A stretch of DNA of 64,000 nt from Anaerolineales bacterium (GTDB lineage Bacteria; Chloroflexota; Anaerolineae; Anaerolineales; Villigracilaceae): the NCBI GenBank assembly GCA_034432895.1, contig DAOUBG010000007.1, positions 6,956-70,955 on the forward strand. The letters run 5' to 3'. Shown in pieces: positions 35,928 through 44,972 of the stretch. The translations under genes and the position numbers were made by a program. Under the pieces are notes generated by a model that ran no database searches, was not told the origin of the DNA, and saw only the letters and a list, made by a program, of their open reading frames with translations. The first letter of the stretch is position 1; each line of letters starts with the position of its first letter.

Positions 35928-37079
35928 CTAAGGCTTGATTTGAGGATCGAACAAACGTTGATGCTCCTCAATGGCATACCGATCGGTCATACCGGCAATG
36001 TAATCGCAGATGGTGCGTTCCAGGCCACGGAGTGGGATGATCTTTTGAACGTGATCGGGAAGGATAGAGGGCTCGGCGCGATAGGCCTGAAAGAGATCGG
36101 TGAGGATGTGTTCGGCCTTCGTCTGCATGCGCACAATGCGATAGTTGCGGTACATGTTGTGATAGAGGAAATCTTTCAGTTCCCGGTTGCGGCGGCGCAT
36201 TTCGTCGCTGTGACCGACGAGGTTGTACGCTAGGCGCTGCACGTCCAGTGGCGAAGCGACGCCGCTTTCGCGTATCCGAGCCTCGCTGGTCTCGATCACG
36301 TCGGTGACCTCTAACCCGATCAGGCGGCGGATCAACCGATGGCGATCTAATTCGTTCAACTCCGGGCCTCGCCAGTGGATGGATTCGGTGAGGATCTCCC
36401 AAATGGCAATACCGTTGAGCATGGCTGGGGTGATTAAGCCGGATCGCAGGCCATCATCCAGGTCATGAGCCGTATAGGCCAGCTCATCAGCGATGTTTGC
36501 GATTTGGGTTTCCAGGTTGCCGCGTAGTTCGGGGTTGTAATCGCGCGCATCGGAAACATCGTATTCCGTTTCGTGTTTGACTAGCCCCTCGCGCACTTCC
36601 CAAGTCAAATTCAGGCCGGGGAATTCGGCATAGCGTTGCTCCAGCTCGGTGACGATGCGCAAGGATTGTTTGTTGTGATCGAAGCCGCCATGATCTTTCA
36701 TCAGGCGGGCCAAGGCGCTTTCGCCGGAATGCCCAAAGGGAGGATGACCGAGATCGTGAGCCAGACAAATGGCCTCGACCAGGTCTTCGTTCACGCCGAG
36801 GGCGCGGGCAATGGTGCGCCCGATCTGCGCCACCTCGAGGGTGTGGGTGAGCCGCGTGCGGTAATAATCGCCTTCGTAGGTGATGAAAACCTGAGTTTTA
36901 TATTCCAACCGACGGAAAGCGGTAGTGTGCAGAATGCGATCGCGATCCCGCTGAAAGGCTGTGCGGTAATCCGGTTCGCGATCCAAATAGGCGCGACCCT
37001 TGCTGTTTTTGCTCCGCACGGCGTAGGGGGCCAGGGTGCGATCTTCAATTTCCTCTAGTATAGTGCGAGAGAAATACAT
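35928..37079 (-). CDS. dgt: dGTP triphosphohydrolase-like HD-domain protein
   Basis: The protein reads RTRLTHTLEVAQIGR...CLAHDLGHPPFGHSGE...DELAYTAHDLDD. The start is taken at ATG 37079, because the longer ORF reads through the tRNA gene. Confidence 0.9.
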   Translation of the reverse strand: MYFSRTILEEIEDRTLAPYAVRSKNSKGRAYLDREPDYRTAFQRDRDRILHTTAFRRLEYKTQVFITYEGDYYRTRLTHTLEVAQIGRTIARALGVNEDLVEAICLAHDLGHPPFGHSGESALARLMKDHGGFDHNKQSLRIVTELEQRYAEFPGLNLTWEVREGLVKHETEYDVSDARDYNPELRGNLETQIANIADELAYTAHDLDDGLRSGLITPAMLNGIAIWEILTESIHWRGPELNELDRHRLIRRLIGLEVTDVIETSEARIRESGVASPLDVQRLAYNLVGHSDEMRRRNRELKDFLYHNMYRNYRIVRMQTKAEHILTDLFQAYRAEPSILPDHVQKIIPLRGLERTICDYIAGMTDRYAIEEHQRLFDPQIKP

Positions 37080-37129
37080 AGTTGCCTCACAGGAACAAGA
37101 ACGGGAACTCACTGAGTCCCCGTTGAAGG

Positions 37130-37215
37130 TGGGGCGAGTGGGGGTCGAACCCACATGAGGTGTTACCCTCGGAGGATTTTAAGTCCTCTGCGTCTGCCGA
37201 TTCCGCCATCGCCCC
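37130..37215 (-). tRNA. tRNA-Leu (anticodon UAA)
   Basis: The minus strand folds by hand: GGGGCGA acceptor, GAGGA-CTTAAAA-TCCTC anticodon arm, long variable arm, GTGGG-TTCGACC-CCCAC T arm, TCGCCCC-A. No CCA is encoded. Confidence 0.9.
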
Positions 37216-37231
37216 GTTATGGCGTGAAAAT

Positions 37232-37260
37232 ATTCTACAGTGAGAAAGGGGAAATGTCAA
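37232..37260 (-). promoter_or_regulatory. consensus promoter of tRNA-Leu(UAA) and probably the downstream dgt-greA-comEA genes
   Basis: The minus strand has TTGACA (37260-37255), a 17-nt spacer and TAGAAT (37237-37232). Confidence 0.6.
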
Positions 37261-37526
37261 TGTTGTCTCTGTGGCTATCGGGGCTTTTCATTGTTTTCAT
37301 TCTCCGGTTGGTCGCAGATGAAAAATCGGGAAATGTCATGGCGTAGTACAAGCACAAGTCTCGTAAAAAGGGCACGGCAGACCCATGGATTTTAGTCTAG
37401 GAGATCGTGCACAAGCACAAGGCGCTCGCTTGAGCTCTCCCAAAGGGCAAAGCCGCGAAAGCCTCGTCTTGGTATATAAGGCGGCAAACGGCGGTATAAT
37501 CAGAGCAATTCGGTCGAAATAGCGAG

Positions 37527-38360
37527 GTGAAAATGCTCTCTCCCAGTGCGACGATCTCCTACCGTCGTTTTGAATTCCAGAAGTGGGAAGATATTCAGGC
37601 GGAAACCATTGTCGAAGCGCCGCTTTCGGTGGCCGTAAATGGCATTCCTTGGTTGACGCTTATGTGCACACCGACCGAAGCGGAAGCGCTGGCGCTCGGA
37701 TTCCTTTACAACGAGGGGGTGATCCAGAGCATGGAAGAGGTCGCCGATGTGCGCCTATGTGAGCATGGAGATAACGTGGATATTTGGCTCTATCATGCCG
37801 CGGAGCGGCCACAATCCTGGCGGCGAACCTCCGGCTGCAGCGGTGGCATGACGGCGGTGGATGCCCAGGCGCTCCCGGAGATTTCTTTGGTCAGTTCAGG
37901 CCCTCGGTTAACTCCGCAGCAAGTGGAAGCGTTGGTTGAGGCTTTGCTCGAAGGGCAAGAGCTTTACCGCGAGACCGGGGGAGTCCATACCTCCATTCTG
38001 AGCGATGGGGAACGAGTACTGCTGCGCGCCGAGGATATCGGCCGTCACAATACGTTGGATAAGATCGCCGGGCTAATGCTTTTGAAAGATGTTTGGCCGG
38101 TTTCTCGCGTGCTGGTCACCACCGGGCGCATCAGCTCCGAGATGCTGCAGAAGGTGGCGCGCCTGCAGGCGGCGATCCTCATTTCGCGCACCTCGCCAAA
38201 TTCACTCTCGATAGCCTTAGCCGAGCGGTATGGGATCACATTAATCGGTTACGCGCGGCGCCATCGCTTTAACCTCTATACACATCCATGGCGCATTGCG
38301 GAAAACGAGGTTTTGCTTTCGAGGCCGAGGCTCGAGGCACAAAAAGCAATTTCAGAATAG
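37527..38360 (+). CDS. fdhD: formate dehydrogenase accessory sulfurtransferase FdhD
   Basis: The protein reads LSVAVNGIPWLTLMCTPTEAEALALGFLYNEGVI...SGCSGG...GGVHTS...EDIGRHNTLDKIAG. Confidence 0.9.
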   Translation: MKMLSPSATISYRRFEFQKWEDIQAETIVEAPLSVAVNGIPWLTLMCTPTEAEALALGFLYNEGVIQSMEEVADVRLCEHGDNVDIWLYHAAERPQSWRRTSGCSGGMTAVDAQALPEISLVSSGPRLTPQQVEALVEALLEGQELYRETGGVHTSILSDGERVLLRAEDIGRHNTLDKIAGLMLLKDVWPVSRVLVTTGRISSEMLQKVARLQAAILISRTSPNSLSIALAERYGITLIGYARRHRFNLYTHPWRIAENEVLLSRPRLEAQKAISE

Positions 38361-38364
38361 ATGG

Positions 38365-39426
38365 CTACTGGATAATACCGCCCCCTATCACGATCTCATC
38401 CTGGTAAAAAACTGCTGCCTGCCCGGGGGTTATATCGCGTAGCGGCACGTCAAACGTGACCTTGGCTCGATCTACGCCCTGTGGCTCCACCCAAGCCGGA
38501 ACTTCGCGCGCCGTGTAACGGATCTTGACTTCGGCGCGGAAGCTCTTTTCGGGGATCAGGCCCGAGGTCCAAGTGATGTTTGCGACCTGCGCTTCACGCT
38601 GACCCAGCGCTTCGGCCGGGCCGACGATCAGGGTGTTGGTGCTCAAATCTTTGGCGATGACGTAGAGCGGGTACGGCGCGGCGATTCCCAACCCTTTGCG
38701 CTGACCGATGGTATAGGCCGCCAGTCCCTGATGGGTGCCCAGTTGGCGTCCCTCTATATCTACGATTGGGCCGGGTTGCAGGATTTCCGGCGCATTCCGG
38801 CGCAAAAAGGCGCGGTAATCTTCGCCGGCCAAAAAGCATAAATCCTGGCTATCCGGCCGCTTGGCGCTCGGCAGTCCGAATTGTTCGGCCAGGGCGCGCA
38901 CCTGCTCTTTGGTGTATTCGCCGATCGGGAACAAGGCCCGTGCCAGTTTTTCCTGGGTGAGCACGTGGAGCACGTAAGATTGATCTTTGGCCCGATCGAC
39001 GGCGCGAAGCAGCTCGTAGCGGCCGTCTTCAGTGCGACGCAAACGGGCGTAGTGACCGGTCGCCATAGCTTCGGCTCCCAGCGCCAGCGCGTGCTGCAGC
39101 AAAAATTCCCAGCGGATCCGGCGATTGCAAACCAGACAGGGATTCGGCGTCAGACCGCGGCGATATCCATCCAGAAAGGCCTCGACGACGGTGTTGCGGA
39201 AGATCTCTTTCGCATCGAGGACGTAAAAAGGGATGCCGAGTCGAACGGCAATCCGACGGGCCAGCGCCATCGAATCGGGGGTGCAGCAGCGATTGGAATC
39301 TTCCTTGCCCGGCTCCGACCATAGCCGTAGCATCATTCCGATCACCTCGTAGCCCTGTTCCCGAAGCAAGGCCGCGGCGACGGATGAATCTACTCCACCG
39401 GACATGGCAACGACGATGCGCTTCAT
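38365..39426 (-). CDS. mnmA: tRNA 2-thiouridine(34) synthase
   Basis: It has the PP-loop VAMSGGVDSSVAA, plus CC(T)PDS and KDQSYVL. Confidence 0.95.
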   Translation of the reverse strand: MKRIVVAMSGGVDSSVAAALLREQGYEVIGMMLRLWSEPGKEDSNRCCTPDSMALARRIAVRLGIPFYVLDAKEIFRNTVVEAFLDGYRRGLTPNPCLVCNRRIRWEFLLQHALALGAEAMATGHYARLRRTEDGRYELLRAVDRAKDQSYVLHVLTQEKLARALFPIGEYTKEQVRALAEQFGLPSAKRPDSQDLCFLAGEDYRAFLRRNAPEILQPGPIVDIEGRQLGTHQGLAAYTIGQRKGLGIAAPYPLYVIAKDLSTNTLIVGPAEALGQREAQVANITWTSGLIPEKSFRAEVKIRYTAREVPAWVEPQGVDRAKVTFDVPLRDITPGQAAVFYQDEIVIGGGIIQ

Positions 39427-39499
39427 GTTCGACCGTAGACCGTAGATCGTAGATCGTGGATGAGGAATGGTGGATGGCGGGGGGCGGTGGACTGTTGGA
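39427..39499 (-). repeat. C/T-rich word repeat, locus B
   Basis: The minus strand reads ...gatccaacagtccaccgccccccgccatccaccattcctcatccacgatctacgatctacggtctacggtcgaac and fills the whole desulfurase-mnmA spacer. Confidence 0.6.
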
Positions 39500-40681
39500 T
39501 CATGCGATTGCTCGACTTAACTTCTGCCCCTGCAAGGTGCGTGCCTGCTCCACGCAGCGTGGTAGAGCATCCAGGAAGGCCTCGATCTCCTGATGGGTAG
39601 TGTGCATGCCGAGCGTCACGCGCAACGAGCCCAGTGCCCATTCGCGCTTATGACCGCATGCCAGGAGCACTTCGCTGGGCTCAGGGTTGCCGGTCTTACA
39701 AGCGGAGCCGGAAGAGCAGGCGAAGCCGGCGGCATCCAGAATCTGTAACAGCAGATTGCCATCCACGCCTTTGAAGAGAAAGGAGGCGTGATTGGGCAGG
39801 CGGTGAATAGGATGACCGCTCAGGCGAGAATCCGGAATATTTTTCAAAACATCGCGGATCAGGCGATCGCGCAGGCGCTGCACCCATTCCGATCGCCGAT
39901 CGCGTTCCTCAACGGTCAGCTCTAGGGCCTTTGCAAAGCCGACGATGTAGGGGACGTTGTGCGTGCCGGCGCGGCGACCTTCTTCCTGTGAACCGCCGGT
40001 TTGAATCGGCAAAAGCGGCGTTCCTTTGCGCACGTAGAGCGCGCCTACGCCTTTTGGACCGTAGAATTTATGCGCGCCGAGGGAGAGCAAGTCAACGCCG
40101 AGAGCTTGCACATTTATTGGAAGATAGGCGGCGGCCTGGACGGCATCGGTATGGAAGGGGATGCCGCGGGCGCGGCACAGGGCGGCTATGTGGGCGATGG
40201 GATTGATGCTCCCGATTTCGTTGTTGGCATACATAATCGAGACCAGCGCGACGCGGTCATCCAGTGCCCGTTCAACGGTTTCCGGGTGAACGATGCCGTA
40301 TTCATCCACTTCCAGCCATTCCACCTGAAAGCCCTCTTCGCGTTCCAGGGCCTGGGCAGTTTTGGCTACGGCCGGGTGTTCGGTGCGGGCGGTCAGGATG
40401 CGGTATGTGCCTTGCTGGAGGCGCCTGGCACGGGCTACGCCCCGGAGCGCCAGATTGTCCGATTCACTACCGCCGGAGGTGAAAACGATCTCCTGGGGAT
40501 GTGCTCCTAGCAGTTCGGCAATGCGTTCCCTGGCCTGCTCGATGGCGTACTCGGCTTGTTGACCGTAAAAGTGGATGGACGAGGGGTTGCCGAAGGTCCG
40601 AGAAAAGTACGGAAGCATGGCTTCCAGGACGCGTTCGTCCAAGGGGGTGGTGGCGGCATAATCCAGGTAAATGCGATTCAT
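39500..40681 (-). CDS. cysteine desulfurase (NifS/IscS class)
   Basis: The protein reads MNRIYLDYAATTPLD...PLP-Lys SLGAHKFYGPKG...active-site CSSGSAC. The start is taken at the internal ATG 40681. Confidence 0.9.
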   Translation of the reverse strand: MNRIYLDYAATTPLDERVLEAMLPYFSRTFGNPSSIHFYGQQAEYAIEQARERIAELLGAHPQEIVFTSGGSESDNLALRGVARARRLQQGTYRILTARTEHPAVAKTAQALEREEGFQVEWLEVDEYGIVHPETVERALDDRVALVSIMYANNEIGSINPIAHIAALCRARGIPFHTDAVQAAAYLPINVQALGVDLLSLGAHKFYGPKGVGALYVRKGTPLLPIQTGGSQEEGRRAGTHNVPYIVGFAKALELTVEERDRRSEWVQRLRDRLIRDVLKNIPDSRLSGHPIHRLPNHASFLFKGVDGNLLLQILDAAGFACSSGSACKTGNPEPSEVLLACGHKREWALGSLRVTLGMHTTHQEIEAFLDALPRCVEQARTLQGQKLSRAIA

Positions 40682-40694
40682 AGAGACTCCATTC

Positions 40695-42104
40695 TTAGCC
40701 GATGAAAGGCTGGCGGGGGATGAATTGACCCATGCCGCGCTGACCGAGCCAACGATTGTCATCTACAATTAGTTTGCCGCGCAGGAAAACCTTTTCGGGA
40801 TAGCCTACCAGTTCCCAACCTTCGTATAGGTTGTAATCGGTGCGTTGATGGGACCAGGCTACACCGTAGGTCAGGCGGCGGTCCGGGTTCCAGATCACCA
40901 GATCGGCATCCGAGCCGGGTAAGAGAGCTCCTTTGCGTGGGTAGAGGCCGAAGATTTTGGCCGGATTGGTGCTGGTCAGGGCGACGAATTGATTGGGCGT
41001 GATGCGCCCGGCGCGCACCCCGTAAGTCCAGAGAATGGGCAAACGGTCCTGGACGCCGGGCAGGCCGTTGGGAATTTTGGTGAAATTATCCGCTCCCAGC
41101 TCTTTGCCGGGAATGGCGATGGGTTTTCCTTCGTAAAGGATCGGTTTTGTCCCGTCATAGAAGAAGGGGCAATGATCGGTGCCGATGGTATCGAGGATGC
41201 CCTCTTTCAGGCCTTCCCAAAGGCGAGCGTTATCGGCTGCGGTGCGCAGGGGCGGAGAACAGATCCATTTTGCGCCGTCCGGCCGTCGCAAGTGATCTTC
41301 GGTGAAAAAGAGATATTGGGGGCAAGTTTCGCCGAAAATTTTGGCGCCTTGTTGACGCGCGTATTGTAACATATCCACTTCGCCGGCCGCGTTCATGTGG
41401 ACGATATAGAGCGCGGCGCCGCTGACTGCGGCCATGCCGGCCAATCGCAGGCCGGATTCCACCGCTCCCCAGGCCGGGCGGGTGTGGGCGTGCCATTCAG
41501 GGGTGGTGTGACCGGCCGCCAACGCCTGCTCAACCAGGGTTTCGATCACATCGCCGTTTTCACAATGGGCTAGGACGAGGATGCCATGTTTCTGGGCAAC
41601 TTGCATGGCTTGGAAGATTTCTTTATCTCCTAGCCGCAAGCGTCCGTTGTAGGCGGTAAAGACCTTGACCGAAGGCATGCCGGCTTCGACCAGCCAGGGC
41701 ATTTCTGCGGCGATCGTTTCATCCCAGCGTGTCAGGTTCATATGGAAGGAGTAGTCGATGGCAGCTTTGGCCGCTTTTTCTTTCCACGCGGCAACCGATT
41801 GGCGGAAAGTGGGAAAATCAAACGAAACAAAATCGATCACCGTGGTCGTGCCGCCGAAGGCCGCTGCTTTGTGGCCGGTGTAGTGATCGTCGCTTGAAAC
41901 GGTGCCGAACATGGGCAGATCGAAGTGCGTGTGAGGATCGATGCCGCCGGGGGTGATGAATTTTCCCCGGGCATCGATCACTTCCGCCCTCGGGATGTTG
42001 AGGTCGCGGCCGATTTGGACGATCTGTTCCCCTTCGATGAGCAGATCGGCCTCGAAGGTCTCCGAAGCGGTGATCAAGGTGCCATTTTGGATGAGTAGGG
42101 TCAT
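40695..42104 (-). CDS. dihydropyrimidinase / D-hydantoinase
   Basis: This is a cyclic amidohydrolase: GGIDPHTHFDLPMFG...VKVF(T)AY...HCENGD...GTDHCPF. Confidence 0.88.
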   Translation of the reverse strand: MTLLIQNGTLITASETFEADLLIEGEQIVQIGRDLNIPRAEVIDARGKFITPGGIDPHTHFDLPMFGTVSSDDHYTGHKAAAFGGTTTVIDFVSFDFPTFRQSVAAWKEKAAKAAIDYSFHMNLTRWDETIAAEMPWLVEAGMPSVKVFTAYNGRLRLGDKEIFQAMQVAQKHGILVLAHCENGDVIETLVEQALAAGHTTPEWHAHTRPAWGAVESGLRLAGMAAVSGAALYIVHMNAAGEVDMLQYARQQGAKIFGETCPQYLFFTEDHLRRPDGAKWICSPPLRTAADNARLWEGLKEGILDTIGTDHCPFFYDGTKPILYEGKPIAIPGKELGADNFTKIPNGLPGVQDRLPILWTYGVRAGRITPNQFVALTSTNPAKIFGLYPRKGALLPGSDADLVIWNPDRRLTYGVAWSHQRTDYNLYEGWELVGYPEKVFLRGKLIVDDNRWLGQRGMGQFIPRQPFIG

Positions 42105-42216
42105 AGGTCCTCCGAAAGGGGTAGAGAGACAATTCGATTATAACCCAAGCATCCCTTTTGTCCGTTTTGGCATAAGTTAGGGTATAATTTTTACAACTCT
42201 TTTCCTCGAGGCTTCC

Positions 42217-43029
42217 ATGGCGCTACGTGGGAATTTACGAGATTTTACGATCACCCAATTGCTCAACCTGGTCAGCTTGGCACAAAAGACCGGCACGCTC
42301 TTGATAGATGGACCGGGAAATGAACAGGCCAAAGCCAGTTTTCGCGAAGGCAAACTGGCGTATGCGCATATTGATCAGGAAGATGATCGCCTAGTTACGA
42401 TCTTGCACAAGGCTGGGAAGATCAGTGCCAATCAATATCGTGCCATCCTAGAGCGCGCCCATCAGATGAGCGATAAGGAGCTAGGCCTTTTGTTGGTCAA
42501 CGCGGGCTATCTTGCCCAGGAGGAGATCTTGCTGCTGCTCCAGGCACACTATACAGATGTGGTGCGTCGTCTGTTCACCTGGGTGGAGGGTGTTTTTCGT
42601 TTTGAAAGCGAGCTTCCTCCACCTCCCGATCGTATTCACGTGCGGATTGATCTGGAGAATCTGATCATCGAAGGCGCGCGTCAACTGCGAGAATGGGAGC
42701 AGCTGCAAGAGGAGATCCCAAGCCTGGATATGGCGCTTAAGTTTACCGATCGCCCGCTCCGGAATGTGAATTTGAGCATCGAAGAGTGGCGCGTCGTTTC
42801 ATACATCAACCCGAAAAACACCATTCGGCAGATTGCGGCAGCGAATAAAATGAACGAATTAGAGATTCGCCGCATTGTCTATGGCTTGCTTCAGGCTGGT
42901 TTGGTGGAATTGGTGCGTCCGGAAGGGGCCAAAGCGCCGGTGGCAACGCCACGCATGTTCCCCACGGAAAACCGCGAAGAGCAAAAATCTTTGATCAACA
43001 AACTCATTGGGCGTATTCGCAGCCTGTAA
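42217..43029 (+). CDS. DUF4388 / PATAN-domain protein with a C-terminal wHTH-like segment
   Basis: The N-terminus reads LRGNLRDFTITQLLNLVSLAQKTGTLLIDG...FREGKLAYAHI. The C-terminus reads NTIRQIAAANKMNELEIRRIVYGLLQAGLVELV. Confidence 0.75.
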   Translation: MALRGNLRDFTITQLLNLVSLAQKTGTLLIDGPGNEQAKASFREGKLAYAHIDQEDDRLVTILHKAGKISANQYRAILERAHQMSDKELGLLLVNAGYLAQEEILLLLQAHYTDVVRRLFTWVEGVFRFESELPPPPDRIHVRIDLENLIIEGARQLREWEQLQEEIPSLDMALKFTDRPLRNVNLSIEEWRVVSYINPKNTIRQIAAANKMNELEIRRIVYGLLQAGLVELVRPEGAKAPVATPRMFPTENREEQKSLINKLIGRIRSL

Positions 43030-43050
43030 TCCCCTGATGGAGATAGATGT

Positions 43051-43581
43051 ATGCAAACCGTAAAAATGGTCGTCACAGGTCCTTTCAATGCAGGTAAGAC
43101 GGAGTTCATTCAATCGGTGAGCGAGATCGACGTTGTCTCTACGGAGCGAAAGATCTCCAGTGCGGCTGAACGAGCGGTGAAAGAAGCGACTACGGTGGCA
43201 ATGGATTTTGGCCGTATCACGGTAGATGACGATCTGGTGCTTTATCTCTTTGGCACTCCCGGGCAGAAACGCTTTGACTTCATGTGGGAAATTCTTTCCG
43301 AGGGAATGTTGGGTTTTATTGTGCTGGTGGATTCCACCCGTCCGGAGACGTTCCGTGAGGCGCGCACCATTTTGGAGACTTTCCGGGCTTATGCTCCCAC
43401 GCCGTATGTGGTAGCAGCTAATAAGCAGGATTTGCCGGACGCGTGGGACTTGGAAGATATGCGCCATGCCTTGCGCTTGGATCCGAAGGTGAAACTCCTC
43501 CCATGTGTGGCGAAGGATAAGGAGTCGGTCAAGAAGGTGCTTTTGGAGCTTCTGTATAGCATTCTCGAAGAGATTGAATAG
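43051..43581 (+). CDS. small Ras-like GTPase of the CvnD / MglA-related (ATP/GTP-binding protein) family
   Basis: It has G1 GPFNAGKT, G3 LFGTPGQKRF and G4 ANKQD. The TTVAMDFGRI block is typical of conservon GTPases. Confidence 0.8.
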   Translation: MQTVKMVVTGPFNAGKTEFIQSVSEIDVVSTERKISSAAERAVKEATTVAMDFGRITVDDDLVLYLFGTPGQKRFDFMWEILSEGMLGFIVLVDSTRPETFREARTILETFRAYAPTPYVVAANKQDLPDAWDLEDMRHALRLDPKVKLLPCVAKDKESVKKVLLELLYSILEEIE

Positions 43582-43583
43582 CC

Positions 43584-44381
43584 GTGTCCTCGATCACAAC
43601 CGATCAGGGTATCGTTCACTACGAAGTGTATGGGCGCGGCCGGCCGGTCATCTTACTTCATGGCTGGTTGGGCTCTTGGGGGTTGTGGCAAGATACCATG
43701 ACCGTTCTGGGGCGTTTTTATCGTACGTATGCCCTCGATTTTTGGGGTTTTGGCGAATCGGGAAAGAAGCGCACCACCTATGCGGTGCAGGATTTCGTCA
43801 GCCTGGTCGATCAGTTCATGGAGCAATTGGGTATTACGCGTGCGCCGCTGGTTGGACACAGCATGGGAGGCACGGTTAGCCTATCGGTAGCGGTCGAGTA
43901 TCCTGAACGGGTGAGCAAGGTGGTCGTAGTTGGTTCGCCGATTGTCGGTTCCTCTTTGGCATTGCCTCTCAAGCTGGCCGGTTATCGCTGGATTGCTTAT
44001 TTGCTGTTCAGCAATATGCACCTTTTCCGTTGGGGATTGCGTCAGGCTTCTCCGCTGATTTGCCGCGATCCGCGTTTCCCGGATATGATGGATCGGGATC
44101 TTTCGCGCACCACCTTGGAATCATTCTTGCTCAGTATTGCCTCGCTGCGGCGCACCGATTTGCGTCCATTTTTACCTTCCATCCGCGTTCCGGTCATGGG
44201 AATTTATGGCGATAAGGATAATATTGTGCATCCGCGCCAATGGCAGCCTCTCCAAAAGGGAGTTCCGCATGCCGTGATCCGCCGCTTTCCGAAATCCGGC
44301 CATTTCCCGATGCTCGAAGAACACCAACGTTTTGTTGAAATGCTGAAAGCTTTTTTGGATGAACCGGAGGTAATGTTATGA
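43584..44381 (+). CDS. alpha/beta-fold hydrolase (paralogue 1)
   Basis: Motifs: VILLHGWLGSWGLW, the nucleophile elbow GHSMGG, the acid GDKDNIV, and His in SGHFPMLE. It has a GTG start 2 nt after the GTPase stop. Confidence 0.85.
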   Translation: MSSITTDQGIVHYEVYGRGRPVILLHGWLGSWGLWQDTMTVLGRFYRTYALDFWGFGESGKKRTTYAVQDFVSLVDQFMEQLGITRAPLVGHSMGGTVSLSVAVEYPERVSKVVVVGSPIVGSSLALPLKLAGYRWIAYLLFSNMHLFRWGLRQASPLICRDPRFPDMMDRDLSRTTLESFLLSIASLRRTDLRPFLPSIRVPVMGIYGDKDNIVHPRQWQPLQKGVPHAVIRRFPKSGHFPMLEEHQRFVEMLKAFLDEPEVML

Positions 44382-44971
44382 GTGCCATCTCTGGGGCGAA
44401 TGCAGTGACGCGTAGTTTTTGGATGGCTCTGGAAGAGATCCTGGGGCAAGAACAGGCGCAAAGAGTTGGTGAGCGTTCTCTGCAACTCTCGGATGGTTCT
44501 TCCTTTTCGCTGACGCAGCTGGCTGCTTTGCAAGGAGCATTGGAAGGCATGTATGGCATTGCAGCAGGGCGAGGGGTTGCTGTGCGCAGCGGACGGGCTT
44601 GGGTAAAGTATGGATTTCGATTGTTCTATGAAGAACTGGGATGGAACCGGATTGAATTTCGCCTATTGCCCCGTACCCATCGACTCGAACGCGGGTTGAG
44701 GGATCTGGCCAACTGGATGAATGCTCATTTGCATGAGCACTTTGAGGTGCGGCGAATTCCTGAAGGCTGGATTTGGCAGATTGAGGGTGTTCCAGGCAGC
44801 GTGGAAGCAATGGAAAGCACCCCAGGATGTTATTGGATGATCGGTGTGCTCGAAGAAGTTCTCCACCGACTGGGAGATGGGAAAATCTTCCTGGTGCGCG
44901 AGATTTCTTGTCGGGTCAGTGGTGCTCTTTCTTGTTTATTTGAAATCCCGGCCCGGCCGCTGGGAGATTGA
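44378..44971 (+). CDS. V4R (4-vinyl reductase) domain protein
   Basis: The C-terminus shows the V4R Cys pattern: GCYWMIGVLEEVLHRLGDGKIFLVREISCRVSGALSCLFEI. ATG 44378 overlaps the upstream stop (ATGA). Confidence 0.7.
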   Translation: MSAISGANAVTRSFWMALEEILGQEQAQRVGERSLQLSDGSSFSLTQLAALQGALEGMYGIAAGRGVAVRSGRAWVKYGFRLFYEELGWNRIEFRLLPRTHRLERGLRDLANWMNAHLHEHFEVRRIPEGWIWQIEGVPGSVEAMESTPGCYWMIGVLEEVLHRLGDGKIFLVREISCRVSGALSCLFEIPARPLGD

Positions 44972-44972
44972 G

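Noticed and set aside
37347-37526. I looked for a possible Moco or other riboswitch upstream of fdhD.
   Set aside because: I could not identify any conserved riboswitch core or a convincing stem architecture by eye. It needs a covariance-model search before any claim.
37527-38360. fdhD appears without an adjacent formate dehydrogenase catalytic subunit, which might look like an anomaly.
   Set aside because: FdhD-type sulfurtransferases are often encoded apart from their molybdoenzyme clients, so this is not informative without the whole genome.
43584-44381. I considered one of the alpha/beta hydrolases as MenH (SHCHC synthase).
   Set aside because: Both genes are embedded in the signalling operon about 30 kb from the men genes, and I saw no convincing resemblance to my recollection of E. 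coli MenH beyond the generic fold. This remains a formal possibility and is listed under would_refute.
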